Source: an uncultured Candidatus Saccharibacteria bacterium
Lineage (GTDB): Bacteria > Patescibacteriota > Saccharimonadia > Saccharimonadales > Saccharimonadaceae
Assembly: GCA_963514175.1 (NCBI GenBank)
Contig: CAUPTC010000001.1
Span: 1 to 35,294 of the forward strand
Direction of reading: 5' to 3'
DNA length: 35,294 nt
Shown here one piece after another: positions 26,440 through 35,293 of the stretch; position 1 is the first letter of the stretch, and every line of letters begins with the position of its first letter. The notes under the pieces are model-generated. The model worked only from the letters and a program-made list of their open reading frames with translations. It was not told where the DNA came from and made no database searches. Both the position numbers and the translations under genes were made by a program.

Positions 26440-27276
26440 ATGGCAGATGACTTAGTTTTCGTACTATTTCGATTGACGGTCGATAGAATGCGGGGAGCGG
26501 TAAGCGCCGGCTCAGGATATATCATTAAGCGAAGCCAAGTGGCTAGCTATCTAGATCAAATTACCGACGAGCTGGAGTCTCGCCGGGTCAGTAAAGAGCT
26601 GACGCTGAAGAAGCATAGCGACGATGTCTATGCCTACGAGCTGAAGAAGCCGACTAAGACTATCTTCGTTCGCATCATGCCGACCGCTGACATATCTTAT
26701 CGCATCGGCACGATTAATGAGAAAGGACAGCTGGTTGATGCGGCGAAGACGGATAGCTACCCCGCTGCCGTCAAGTGGATACAGGGGCACGAGGCGTCAG
26801 ATCCATCTCGCCATTATCAGCTAGTGGCTAGCCTGCCCAATGTCGAGATCCCGGTCATAGTTAGCGATGTGCTGGAGCAGATCAAGTCGGGCGAGAATAA
26901 TATCTTCGTAGCGAAAGCCGGCCATCTCGGCAAGGTTAACCGGATTGATGACCCGAACGGTAAGAAGAAAGCTAACAAGAGCTGGCTGGGTAAAGTCTTG
27001 GAGACAAACAAGGCAGGGCGGATCATCTTCTACATCGGGCTGATTCCGTTTATCCTGTGCGGCATAGACGCCTTGATGTCAATGGTCTTTAGCGATGGCG
27101 GACGTCATCGAGTCAATGTGATTCTTTATCTTATCTGGGCGGTGACCAAGCCTGTCGTGACTGATTATGGTCAGTGGCTATTGCCTGTCTCTATCGTGCT
27201 GGTGCTGGGTGGCTTTAGCTCTTGCCTGAATAGTTACCTGTCTGACAAGAAGAAGACGAAGCAAGCAGACCGCTAG
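26440..27276 (+). CDS. Hypothetical membrane protein (soluble N-terminal domain, 2-3 C-terminal hydrophobic segments)
   Basis: 278-aa ORF with SD AAGGAGA; hydrophobic IIFYIGLIPFILCG and WLLPVSIVLVLGGF. Confidence 0.75.
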   Translation: MADDLVFVLFRLTVDRMRGAVSAGSGYIIKRSQVASYLDQITDELESRRVSKELTLKKHSDDVYAYELKKPTKTIFVRIMPTADISYRIGTINEKGQLVDAAKTDSYPAAVKWIQGHEASDPSRHYQLVASLPNVEIPVIVSDVLEQIKSGENNIFVAKAGHLGKVNRIDDPNGKKKANKSWLGKVLETNKAGRIIFYIGLIPFILCGIDALMSMVFSDGGRHRVNVILYLIWAVTKPVVTDYGQWLLPVSIVLVLGGFSSCLNSYLSDKKKTKQADR

Positions 27277-27313
27277 ACGTAGGTATAGTGGAAGCTTACC
27301 TTACTTCTAAAAT

Positions 27314-27347
27314 AAGATATGACCGGCGCTGCGACCGGTCATATCTT
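27314..27347. terminator. Bidirectional terminator hairpin
   Basis: Perfect 13-bp inverted repeat AAGATATGACCGG-N8-CCGGTCATATCTT, flanked by A/T tracts, between convergent genes. Confidence 0.8.
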
Positions 27348-27365
27348 TTGTTAGCCCTGATATGC

Positions 27366-28637
27366 CTACTCGTCGTTCCAATTGCGGGGAGTGAAGCGTG
27401 GTCGCTTGGCCGCCTTAGCACCTTTGCCTTTGGCTGCTGCTTTCTTGCCGCTGACCACCGCCTCGGTTTCTTCGGCGATGACCAGCTCTTCGTTAGTGCG
27501 GATAGCCATGATCACCGGTGTATCTTTCTCTGATATCACTCCATCCAGCCCGTTGCGTCCACGAATTCGTCTATTTTGATCCTTATCTATCTGATAGTTA
27601 AACACCTTGAGATGCTCGACGATCCCCGCTCGTAGCCCCGAGGCATTCTCGCCGGCACCGGCGGTGAAGATGAGGGCATCTACTCTAGGTAGCGCCACCA
27701 TCATAGCGGCAATATTCTTAGCTATACTATAGGCCAGTGTCTCCATGGCGATGGCTGACTTCTCGTCGCCTTTAGTAGCAGCGGCCGAGACCTCTCGCTG
27801 GTCACTGCTAAAGCCCGACATGCCAAGCAGCCCCGAACGGTGGTTCAGGTCATCGACTATCTCCTCAGCACTCTCGCCCAGTCGATCCATCATGTAAGGA
27901 ATAATGGCCGGATCAACTGAGCCGGCTCTGGTACACATGACGATGCCGTCCAGCGGGGTGAAGCCCATGGTGGTATCGACTGATTGACCGTTGAGTACTG
28001 CCGCCAGCGAAGCGCCGCTGCCGATATGAGCAATGACGAAAGCGCTGTCTTCTATCGGTATATTGAGGAGCTGAGCGGCTCGATTGCTGACGTACTTGTA
28101 GCTGGTGCCGTGAAAGCCGTAGCGTCGGACGCCGTAGTCTTGGTACCAGTCATCAGGCACGGCGTAGCGGAAAGCATACTCGGGCATAGTACTGTGAAAG
28201 GCAGTGTCAAAGACGGCTACTTGGGGCAACTCGGGCATAACCTTCATAGCGGCTCGCATAGCAGCGGCAGCCGGTGGGTTGTGTAAGGGGGCGTAGGGCT
28301 TCAGAGCCTCGATTTCGTCGACTATCTTGTCGGTTAGGCGGACCGGATGAGTGAACTTATCGATACCGTTTACCACTCTGTGTCCCACCGCCATGACGGT
28401 ACGCTTGAGCCCTCGTTCTTCCAGCTCGTCAAATAGGCGCTGCATCGCTCCCTCGAAAGACGGGTCATCTAGCTTATCCGTCTCCTTGGCGTTATTGGCC
28501 TTGATGGTGAAGTTAGCTCGGGGCGTCTTCAACTCCTCGGCGATGCCTTTGGCGATGACTTGATGGGTGGCGGTGTCCAGCAGCGAGAACTTGAGCGAAG
28601 AACTGCCGCTATTGATGACGAGAATACTACTTTCCAT
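27366..28637 (-). CDS. ackA: Acetate kinase
   Basis: INSGSSSLKF, GHRVV, APLHNP, VFDTAFH, RRYGFHGTS, DTTMGFTPLDG, FTAGAGEN, TNEE; start at ATG 28637 (MESSIL). Confidence 0.96.
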   Translation of the reverse strand: MESSILVINSGSSSLKFSLLDTATHQVIAKGIAEELKTPRANFTIKANNAKETDKLDDPSFEGAMQRLFDELEERGLKRTVMAVGHRVVNGIDKFTHPVRLTDKIVDEIEALKPYAPLHNPPAAAAMRAAMKVMPELPQVAVFDTAFHSTMPEYAFRYAVPDDWYQDYGVRRYGFHGTSYKYVSNRAAQLLNIPIEDSAFVIAHIGSGASLAAVLNGQSVDTTMGFTPLDGIVMCTRAGSVDPAIIPYMMDRLGESAEEIVDDLNHRSGLLGMSGFSSDQREVSAAATKGDEKSAIAMETLAYSIAKNIAAMMVALPRVDALIFTAGAGENASGLRAGIVEHLKVFNYQIDKDQNRRIRGRNGLDGVISEKDTPVIMAIRTNEELVIAEETEAVVSGKKAAAKGKGAKAAKRPRFTPRNWNDE

Positions 28638-28723
28638 ATGCCCATATTCTACCATAGCCTCCGGAAAATGGTTTAAGGGTTATCTATCGACAAGTCGGAT
28701 CAAAGCTGGTCGAAAACCTATAC

Positions 28724-30829
28724 CTATTCCCCAATTGGCTTTGCCAGCTCGACACTAACGGAGCTTTTATCGACATTAAACATTTCTGCCAGTTCGCGCA
28801 TGAGTCGTATTTTCTGCTTCGTCTTCGTTGCCACGTCAACCACGAGCCCTGTGTCGTGAATCTTTACGGAGGCAGAGAATCTATCGGGGCCATTGCTAAT
28901 CCAATTCCTCGTCTTTTCATTGTTCATAACTCGATCAACAAAATCTGAGTTTCTATCATACAAATGCTCGCAGTATACGCCGAGAGCTTGCACCCAGCTC
29001 GTTATCGGATACGAATCATCACTGATATAGAGCATTTTTACCACCGTGCCCGTAAAATCAATATCGTCGAAGATATTAACTTTTGTGTTGAGCACCGGTG
29101 GTTCAAACGTACTTGCCGGTAACGGCCAAATGCTAATTATTTTATCAATCCACCACTGCTGACGCTCCAGCATAGTCGTCTCATTCCAGGTGCTATATTT
29201 GGCAACAGTCTTATTGATCTTAAGTGGGCTATCGGCGAACCCATTCGGCATATTACATTTTTCCCGGAAGCTCTTATTTGAGTATTCGGAGTTATAACCG
29301 GTTAGCGTTAAATTCGCTAGTCCGTGCAAATAGACGTTATGAATCTCATCGGCACGTTCGCCGAGCTCATTCCGCCAAGCCTTGGTCATGGTCTGTGGCA
29401 TGATGTGCTCAATTGTTAAATGTAGCTCTTTGTCGTAAATCTGTCTTAGCAACGAAACGTCTTTAGACTCATCGTCAACTGCAGTCAACAGATACATGAC
29501 ATTAGAAGAACGCTGATTGTAGGTGAAGTTTGCCTTTATCGCCATCTCTATCTCATTATTCCGGGGTAATCGAACCCGCCCATTTTTCGAAAGTATGGTG
29601 TATTTCAGCACTTCAAGATATGCAGCATTATCCTGCTCGGCAATTGATAATACACTTCTGTGTAATCCGGCAAAATAGCTGTCTAAGCTTGTCGTCGATA
29701 GGTTAACTACGGCACGTCGTGAAAAGTAGATGCGTAGCACATTAAACACCTCGGCAATTTCATCATCAGACAAATGTCCATCTTGCCAATATTTCATGAC
29801 TGATACGGCATATGGGAAGAACACTTCAATTCTCAGATAGCGCATAATGAACGCTACTGAACTTAACTTGGTAAATTCATCATTTTCATCTATGCCAAAT
29901 TTTAAAAAGCGGTAGTATTTTAGCACTCTCAAAATCTCGCCGTAAAATTCGTCAAGTGATTCATATGACTGGTCATCGGAAATACTTCCGGCGAACACTC
30001 TTTTGAACTCCGGATATACTCTGTCGGTATTCACGACCGATTGGTTCTTGGCGATCAAATAGACACGGAAGAAGTCGGTGATATCATCACGTTGCGGGTC
30101 GGTTAGGTGCGTTTCAATATATTGCCAATAGTTAGTCAAAACATAATCTTGCTTTTCGGAGGTGCGCAACATTAACGAGAAGTTTCGGATTTTATCGCCA
30201 TCCGTCAATGGTTTGCCGGTCGAATTGATACTCTCGAAGACTTTTTGCGGATTATCATCATCTTTATCTAGAATGATTGTGACGATCTCGAAGTCACCAA
30301 GTGTATCAATATATTGTTCTAAACAATCACGATTTCTAAAGTAGTCGTAAAATTGGAGGTAGGATTTATACAAATTACTTTTCTTTTCATATTCTGTCAG
30401 TTCTGTTTGCTTAAATATTTTCTTAAATATTTTATTGTCAGTAGTTACCGCCCGCAGTTTGATACGGTTTTCCTCAGAGCCGTATTGTTTAGCATATCTG
30501 TTATATAGATATTCGTCCTTGATTTGCTCGGCTACCAGCTTAAGCTTTTCGGGTGACTCTAACGCTAAATGGTAAATCGCAGTAATCATCAGTAAAACTG
30601 TCGTCGCACGCTGCTGACCGTCAATAATAATGCTTCGGTCGCCGTCGTTGATATATACGACACTGCCAAAATAGTGCTTTTTGTCCCCACGCCTCACCTC
30701 TTCAAGGTCGTCTAAAAACATTTGGACGTTATCGATCGTCCAAGAATAAGGGCGTTGGAAATTGGGTATCTCAAAGAATTTATTTGGCGTGTACAAGAAC
30801 AGCTTAATATTAGTCTGCAGTGCTTTCAT
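28724..30829 (-). CDS. GmrSD-like fused DUF262-DUF1524 (HNH) putative modification-dependent restriction endonuclease with an extra C-terminal domain
   Basis: IPNFQRPYSW, IIDGQQR, FESINSTGKPL (DUF262); TIEHIMPQ, LANLTLT.YNSEYSN (DUF1524/HNH); visibly AT-rich. Confidence 0.88.
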   Translation of the reverse strand: MKALQTNIKLFLYTPNKFFEIPNFQRPYSWTIDNVQMFLDDLEEVRRGDKKHYFGSVVYINDGDRSIIIDGQQRATTVLLMITAIYHLALESPEKLKLVAEQIKDEYLYNRYAKQYGSEENRIKLRAVTTDNKIFKKIFKQTELTEYEKKSNLYKSYLQFYDYFRNRDCLEQYIDTLGDFEIVTIILDKDDDNPQKVFESINSTGKPLTDGDKIRNFSLMLRTSEKQDYVLTNYWQYIETHLTDPQRDDITDFFRVYLIAKNQSVVNTDRVYPEFKRVFAGSISDDQSYESLDEFYGEILRVLKYYRFLKFGIDENDEFTKLSSVAFIMRYLRIEVFFPYAVSVMKYWQDGHLSDDEIAEVFNVLRIYFSRRAVVNLSTTSLDSYFAGLHRSVLSIAEQDNAAYLEVLKYTILSKNGRVRLPRNNEIEMAIKANFTYNQRSSNVMYLLTAVDDESKDVSLLRQIYDKELHLTIEHIMPQTMTKAWRNELGERADEIHNVYLHGLANLTLTGYNSEYSNKSFREKCNMPNGFADSPLKINKTVAKYSTWNETTMLERQQWWIDKIISIWPLPASTFEPPVLNTKVNIFDDIDFTGTVVKMLYISDDSYPITSWVQALGVYCEHLYDRNSDFVDRVMNNEKTRNWISNGPDRFSASVKIHDTGLVVDVATKTKQKIRLMRELAEMFNVDKSSVSVELAKPIGE

Positions 30830-30913
30830 ATGTTAATTATACTACTTTCATTAGTGTCCTCCGGTGTGTCGTATTTGAGTATTATTGCCTATAGTGCTGA
30901 TATAATATCTAGC

Positions 30914-32152
30914 GTGAATCAGTCAAGCTTTGGCTTCCGGATAGTGTCTCGGGGCGATGCCGGCTATCCGTTGATGCGAGCCGGCGTCATTCGCACGCCA
31001 CATGGCGATATCAAAACGCCGAACTTTAACTTGGTCGGGACGATGGGCTCGGTGCGGTTCTTGCCGCCATCAGACATGCGGGCAGTCGGGGCACAGGTCA
31101 TGTTGAGTAATGGCTACCATCTGTATCGTCGAGCGACTGTCATCTCGGCTAACGGTGGACTGGCTCAGTGGTCGGGTTGGCAGGGTCCAACCTTTACCGA
31201 CTCGGGCGGCTTTCAGGTGATGTCGCTGGGGTCAGGCCTGGGTAAGGTAATTTCTATGGCTGGTGACAAAGCTGACCAAGGCGAGCTGCGTGAGCCGGAT
31301 GAACGTTTGGCGCTGGTCGATGAAGAGGGGGTGGAGTTTCGTGATCCATTCAGCGGCCGAATCATCAAGTTTACCCCCGAGATATCAATCGCCACCCAGC
31401 ACAAGATCGGAGCGGATGTGATGATGTCTTTTGACGAGCTGACTAATATCAATGATACTTATGAGTACAATGTTCGCTCACTGGAACGGACTAGGCGCTG
31501 GGCGGAGCGTGGTCTGGCCGAGCACATCAAGCAGACGGCTCTACGCTCGGATCGCCCCTACCAGGCTCTCTATGGAGTACTTCAGGGTAGCTATTTTCTC
31601 GACTTGAGGCGTCAGGCGGCTCGAGACATCTCAAGGATGAATATCGACGGTCACTATTTCGACGGTTTTGGGCTGGGAGGCGCACTGGACAAGGCGAACC
31701 TAAGCGAGATTTTGGTGGCGATGAATGAAATATTGCCTGCCGACAAGCCCCGTCATTTACTGGGGCTAAGTCACCCTGATGATATCTTCGTCGGCGTAGA
31801 AGCCGGGGTGGATACATTTGACTGCGTAGCGCCGACTCGGGAGGCTCGCCACGGGCGGATCTATACCCCGGACGGTAATTATAATATCAAGCGATCAATG
31901 TATCGGGATGACACTCAGGTGCTGGCGGCAGATTGTGACTGCCCGACCTGTCGAGCCGGTCATACCAGGGCTGAGCTACGAGCTCTACTCAAATCGGCCG
32001 AGCCGGCCGAACGAGCCAGGGCATTTAATCTGTTGACGGCGCACAATACTCGCTTTATCATTCGGCTGTGCGAGCAGATACGCCGGGCTATCATGGATGG
32101 CAACTACCGGCAATTTCGTGACGACTTTTGTCGTCGCTACTACCGGGCTTAG
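30914..32152 (+). CDS. tgt: tRNA-guanine transglycosylase
   Basis: TPHGDIKTP, DSGGFQ, SFDE, LQG, DTFDCVAPTR, Zn site CDCPTC...HN. Start taken as GTG 30914, 7 nt after TATAAT; the longer ORF call overlaps the DUF262 gene. Confidence 0.95.
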   Translation: MNQSSFGFRIVSRGDAGYPLMRAGVIRTPHGDIKTPNFNLVGTMGSVRFLPPSDMRAVGAQVMLSNGYHLYRRATVISANGGLAQWSGWQGPTFTDSGGFQVMSLGSGLGKVISMAGDKADQGELREPDERLALVDEEGVEFRDPFSGRIIKFTPEISIATQHKIGADVMMSFDELTNINDTYEYNVRSLERTRRWAERGLAEHIKQTALRSDRPYQALYGVLQGSYFLDLRRQAARDISRMNIDGHYFDGFGLGGALDKANLSEILVAMNEILPADKPRHLLGLSHPDDIFVGVEAGVDTFDCVAPTREARHGRIYTPDGNYNIKRSMYRDDTQVLAADCDCPTCRAGHTRAELRALLKSAEPAERARAFNLLTAHNTRFIIRLCEQIRRAIMDGNYRQFRDDFCRRYYRA

Positions 32153-33408
32153 TGCTTAGAGTGTCTGCCCGATTGACGACGTTTCCGGCTACGGTCATTA
32201 CCCAGGGGTGGAATGATATCCAGCTCCAGTCCGATGTATTGGCGATCAGCCGGCACGAAGATGACCGGCGCGCTGGATACACCGGCAAGGTGCGGCTCGC
32301 CGGAACTATCTTGACTTATCTCGCCTCGCCCATGTGACTGCAGGAAATCACGCACCAGGATAACGACGCAACCGGATAGCGGAATGGCGATCATCGCTCC
32401 GAGCAGCCCGCCGGCTTGCATCCCCAGAGTCATGGAGACCAGGATGATCAGAGCGGAAGTCTCCATGTGTCTGGACTGAATCCGGGGCTGGACGAAATTA
32501 TTCTCGATCTGCTGCTCGATGGTGAAGACGACGGCGTAGATAATGGCAGCCGGCGGAGAGTACACCAGTAAAATCAGGGTGACAATCGTGCCGCCGATGA
32601 CGGCACCAAACATCGGTACGAAGATCATCATAAAGATGGTGATCCAAGCCGGCCAGACCAGGCTGATATCAAAACGAAAGACTGTGGCTAAGATGCCGAC
32701 TACTACAGCGGTAAAAGTGCCGCTGATCACCCCGACTGTCGCCTGCCCGACCATGTAGCCGCTGATGACATCGTACATCTTGCGAGCCATCCGGCGGTGG
32801 CGTCGACGACGGGTCGGGTTAGTATAGGCTAGACGCCAGAACTTCTCTTCCCAGTTCGGCCCTTCGACCAGCATGAAAAAAGTGGCAAAGAGTACCAGAC
32901 AGGTATTGCCTAAGACAACGAAGATATTGGATAGAGCGTCGAAGAAGGCTGCCCCCATGTTGCTAGTGGCGTGTCTCAGCTGCGCCCCGGCATCAACCAG
33001 CCATTGGTTAAACTGATCGGTCAGATGATAATGGGCTAACAGACTACCCAGCCAACTCGACTCTTGCTTTAGGTGATTGACCATACTAGGTAGATTAGCG
33101 AGGAACGAGGACAGCTGACGGGCGAAAATCGGCACCACGGTAAGGAGTAAGACGCCGATCATGATAGCGATAATCAAGTAAGCGATGAAGATGGCTACGG
33201 TACGGGACTTACCCGGTAAATAACGAGCGATGAAAGAGACGGGGCGATTAAGCACCAGTGCCATGAAGAACGAGATGGCTAACATGGCGAGGGGTATCCG
33301 AGCTGCCCAGCAAACCAAAGCTAATGTGATGAACCCCAGAATCACCAGCCAGAACCGAATAAAAGTCTTAGTACTAATGGTCAGCTCGACATCAGGTGAT
33401 TGCTTCAT
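32149..33408 (-). CDS. AI-2E (PerM/TqsA) family transporter
   Basis: Multi-TM protein; LVLNRPV, FVPMFG, QQIENNFVQPRI, GGLLGAMIAIP. Confidence 0.9.
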   Translation of the reverse strand: MKQSPDVELTISTKTFIRFWLVILGFITLALVCWAARIPLAMLAISFFMALVLNRPVSFIARYLPGKSRTVAIFIAYLIIAIMIGVLLLTVVPIFARQLSSFLANLPSMVNHLKQESSWLGSLLAHYHLTDQFNQWLVDAGAQLRHATSNMGAAFFDALSNIFVVLGNTCLVLFATFFMLVEGPNWEEKFWRLAYTNPTRRRRHRRMARKMYDVISGYMVGQATVGVISGTFTAVVVGILATVFRFDISLVWPAWITIFMMIFVPMFGAVIGGTIVTLILLVYSPPAAIIYAVVFTIEQQIENNFVQPRIQSRHMETSALIILVSMTLGMQAGGLLGAMIAIPLSGCVVILVRDFLQSHGRGEISQDSSGEPHLAGVSSAPVIFVPADRQYIGLELDIIPPLGNDRSRKRRQSGRHSKH

Positions 33409-33455
33409 GCTACCAGTCTAACACAAGAGGAGCGCCGGGGGCTATTTATTAGGAT

Positions 33456-33794
33456 CTAGTGATATTTAGCGAGTATGTAAACGTTGTGTGGGTCGGTATC
33501 ATCTTGGGTGAAGAAGGCTGACAGAGTCCCCTCACTGCCCTTACTTTGCACGCCGGTCTTAGGCGGAACCAGCTTGACCTCCTCGGCGCTAAATATCTCA
33601 CTGATTATCCTTATCGCCTCGGCGTCGTTATAGATATAGTCGGCTTTGATCATGGCATATTTGTCGCCCGGCGTAGAGGGAACCAGCTCGTATACTTTAA
33701 TATCCGGTGAATAGTCGATTCGGGTAGTCACGCTGAAATGCCGGTCGGCCGCCAGGTCAAAGTTGTTAGTGATGGTGCTGATTCGATTAGTCAT
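33456..33794 (-). CDS. Hypothetical protein translationally coupled to cysS
   Basis: 112-aa ORF whose ATG overlaps the cysS stop (ATGACTAA). Confidence 0.65.
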   Translation of the reverse strand: MTNRISTITNNFDLAADRHFSVTTRIDYSPDIKVYELVPSTPGDKYAMIKADYIYNDAEAIRIISEIFSAEEVKLVPPKTGVQSKGSEGTLSAFFTQDDTDPHNVYILAKYH

Positions 33795-35196
33795 TGTTTC
33801 TACTCCAAATAGGCGTAACGCCGTCGTTAATAGTGATGTGACGATCAGCCAGCCGGTCTCGCAGCCGGTCAGACTTAGCCCAGTCCTTCGTTTCCCTTGC
33901 CTTTTGACGCTGAGCGATAAGCTCGTAGTCTTCGGGCAGGATATCGGGTGTAGTCTCCCCTACTTTAATACCGAGAAGCTGATCGCCGGTTTCGATGAGC
34001 AGATCTAGGGCGGCTAGGTCAGTCTGATCTGGGCTAAATAGATTGTATGCTTGGTCGAGATATCGAAGAGCACCGGGAGTATCAAGGTCGTTCTCCAGAG
34101 CAGAGGCTAGCTGCTCAACTAGCTGATGAACTTGCTCGGTCTGCTCTTGGCTGGGATTATCCGATACCTGCCAACGCAGGACGGCGACCTCTTGCCAGTG
34201 ATGGCGTCGATTGCGAGCGGCGGTCAGACTCTGCCAGCTGAAGTTAGTGGCACTACGATAATGTGATTGCAAGACCAGTACCCGAAAATCAAGCGGGCTG
34301 TAGCCTCTGCTAATCAGGTCGGGCAAGGTAAAGAAATTGTGGGCTGATTTCGACATCTTCGCACCGTCAACCAGTAAATGCTCGTTATGGACGAAGAAGT
34401 TGGCATAGAGCTCGGGCTGATCGCCGGCTGTACTCTGGGCAATCTCGTTCTCGTGGTGAGGAAAGATGAGGTCAACCCCGCCGGTGTGGATATCGAAAGG
34501 TTGCCCTAGGTTGTGGCTACTCATGACTGAGCATTCAATATGCCAGCCGGGACGACCCGCCAGGTGGGTACCGTTAGCCAGAGTAAAATCCCAAGCCGGC
34601 TCGCCGGGCTTTTGCTTCTTCCAGAGAGCAAAATCGCTCGGGCTATCCTTGTCGTATTCGTCGTTCATAATCCTCTCTTGATGGTGGCTGTGGAGGTCAA
34701 TATGAGACAGCTGGCCATACTGACGCTTCTTGGCGTATGTATCGACTGAGAAATAGATGCCGTCGCTAGCGACATAGGCTACTTTCTGATCTAATAGCCT
34801 CAGGATAAGCTGTTGGATCTCGGCGATGCTATCGGTGGCTTTGACCAAGGTGATATCGTCGATGTTGTTGCCCACCGCCTTCATCTCATCAAGAAAGATC
34901 TGCTGATAATGGTCGGTTAAGCGTTGAAGTGCCTGCCTCGGTGGCCGGTCGGGATATTTGGCCAGTGAGTCTCTGATGGTCTTGTCGTCAACGTCGGTGA
35001 TATTCATCACATGCTTGGTGGTACCGAAGCACTGTCTGAGCGTCCGGCGCAAGATATCGGCGTAAATGTACGAGCTTAGATTGCCGATATGAGCGTGGTT
35101 GTAAACCGTCGGACCGCAAGAATACATTCGGACGGAGTCGGGATGAAGCGGTGTGAACTGCCGGAGCTGATGTCCTCTGGTATTAAACAGTTGCAT
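33787..35196 (-). CDS. cysS: Cysteine--tRNA ligase
   Basis: CGPTVY, HIGN, NITDVDDK, DFALWK, GRPGWHIECS, DIHTGGVDLIFPHHENE, KMSKS; start at ATG 35196 or 35199 after AGGAG. Confidence 0.97.
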   Translation of the reverse strand: MQLFNTRGHQLRQFTPLHPDSVRMYSCGPTVYNHAHIGNLSSYIYADILRRTLRQCFGTTKHVMNITDVDDKTIRDSLAKYPDRPPRQALQRLTDHYQQIFLDEMKAVGNNIDDITLVKATDSIAEIQQLILRLLDQKVAYVASDGIYFSVDTYAKKRQYGQLSHIDLHSHHQERIMNDEYDKDSPSDFALWKKQKPGEPAWDFTLANGTHLAGRPGWHIECSVMSSHNLGQPFDIHTGGVDLIFPHHENEIAQSTAGDQPELYANFFVHNEHLLVDGAKMSKSAHNFFTLPDLISRGYSPLDFRVLVLQSHYRSATNFSWQSLTAARNRRHHWQEVAVLRWQVSDNPSQEQTEQVHQLVEQLASALENDLDTPGALRYLDQAYNLFSPDQTDLAALDLLIETGDQLLGIKVGETTPDILPEDYELIAQRQKARETKDWAKSDRLRDRLADRHITINDGVTPIWSRNND

Positions 35197-35293
35197 CATC
35201 GCTCCTTTGCCTGACTCGGAAGCTGCCCAGCTTCGCCTGATCAAGGCTGGCATGACTTCCCTTTTCGGCTGCTTGCTCCGCCTTAGCTAAGGC
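35183..35293 (-). CDS. 3' end of an upstream gene entering the window (...ALAKAEQAAEKG...DDATV*)
   Basis: Open frame from the window edge to a TAA at 35185-35183 that overlaps the cysS start. Confidence 0.45.
   Translation of the reverse strand, partial: ALAKAEQAAEKGSHASLDQAKLGSFRVRQRSDDATV

Noticed and set aside
26321..27347. tRNA-Gln as an integration site for an island
   Set aside because: I found no duplicated tRNA 3' end and no integrase in the window
30722..30913. N-terminal 64-aa extension of TGT in the ORF track (likewise the extensions of rlmD-like, yhgE, ackA and cysS)
   Set aside because: It overlaps the neighbouring gene or promoter; better-supported downstream starts exist
28724..32152. 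DUF262 gene next to a TGT as a Dpd (7-deazaguanine DNA modification) system
   Set aside because: The TGT has canonical tRNA-TGT motifs (DSGGFQ, CDCPTC zinc site) and is divergently transcribed; no other dpd or que genes are present
277..34749. Numerous short ORFs antisense to or nested in the called genes (e.g. 6370..6690, 8894..9418, 11240..11593, 20917..21375, 27288..27533)
   Set aside because: Shadow ORFs of well-supported genes, with no motifs or initiation signals
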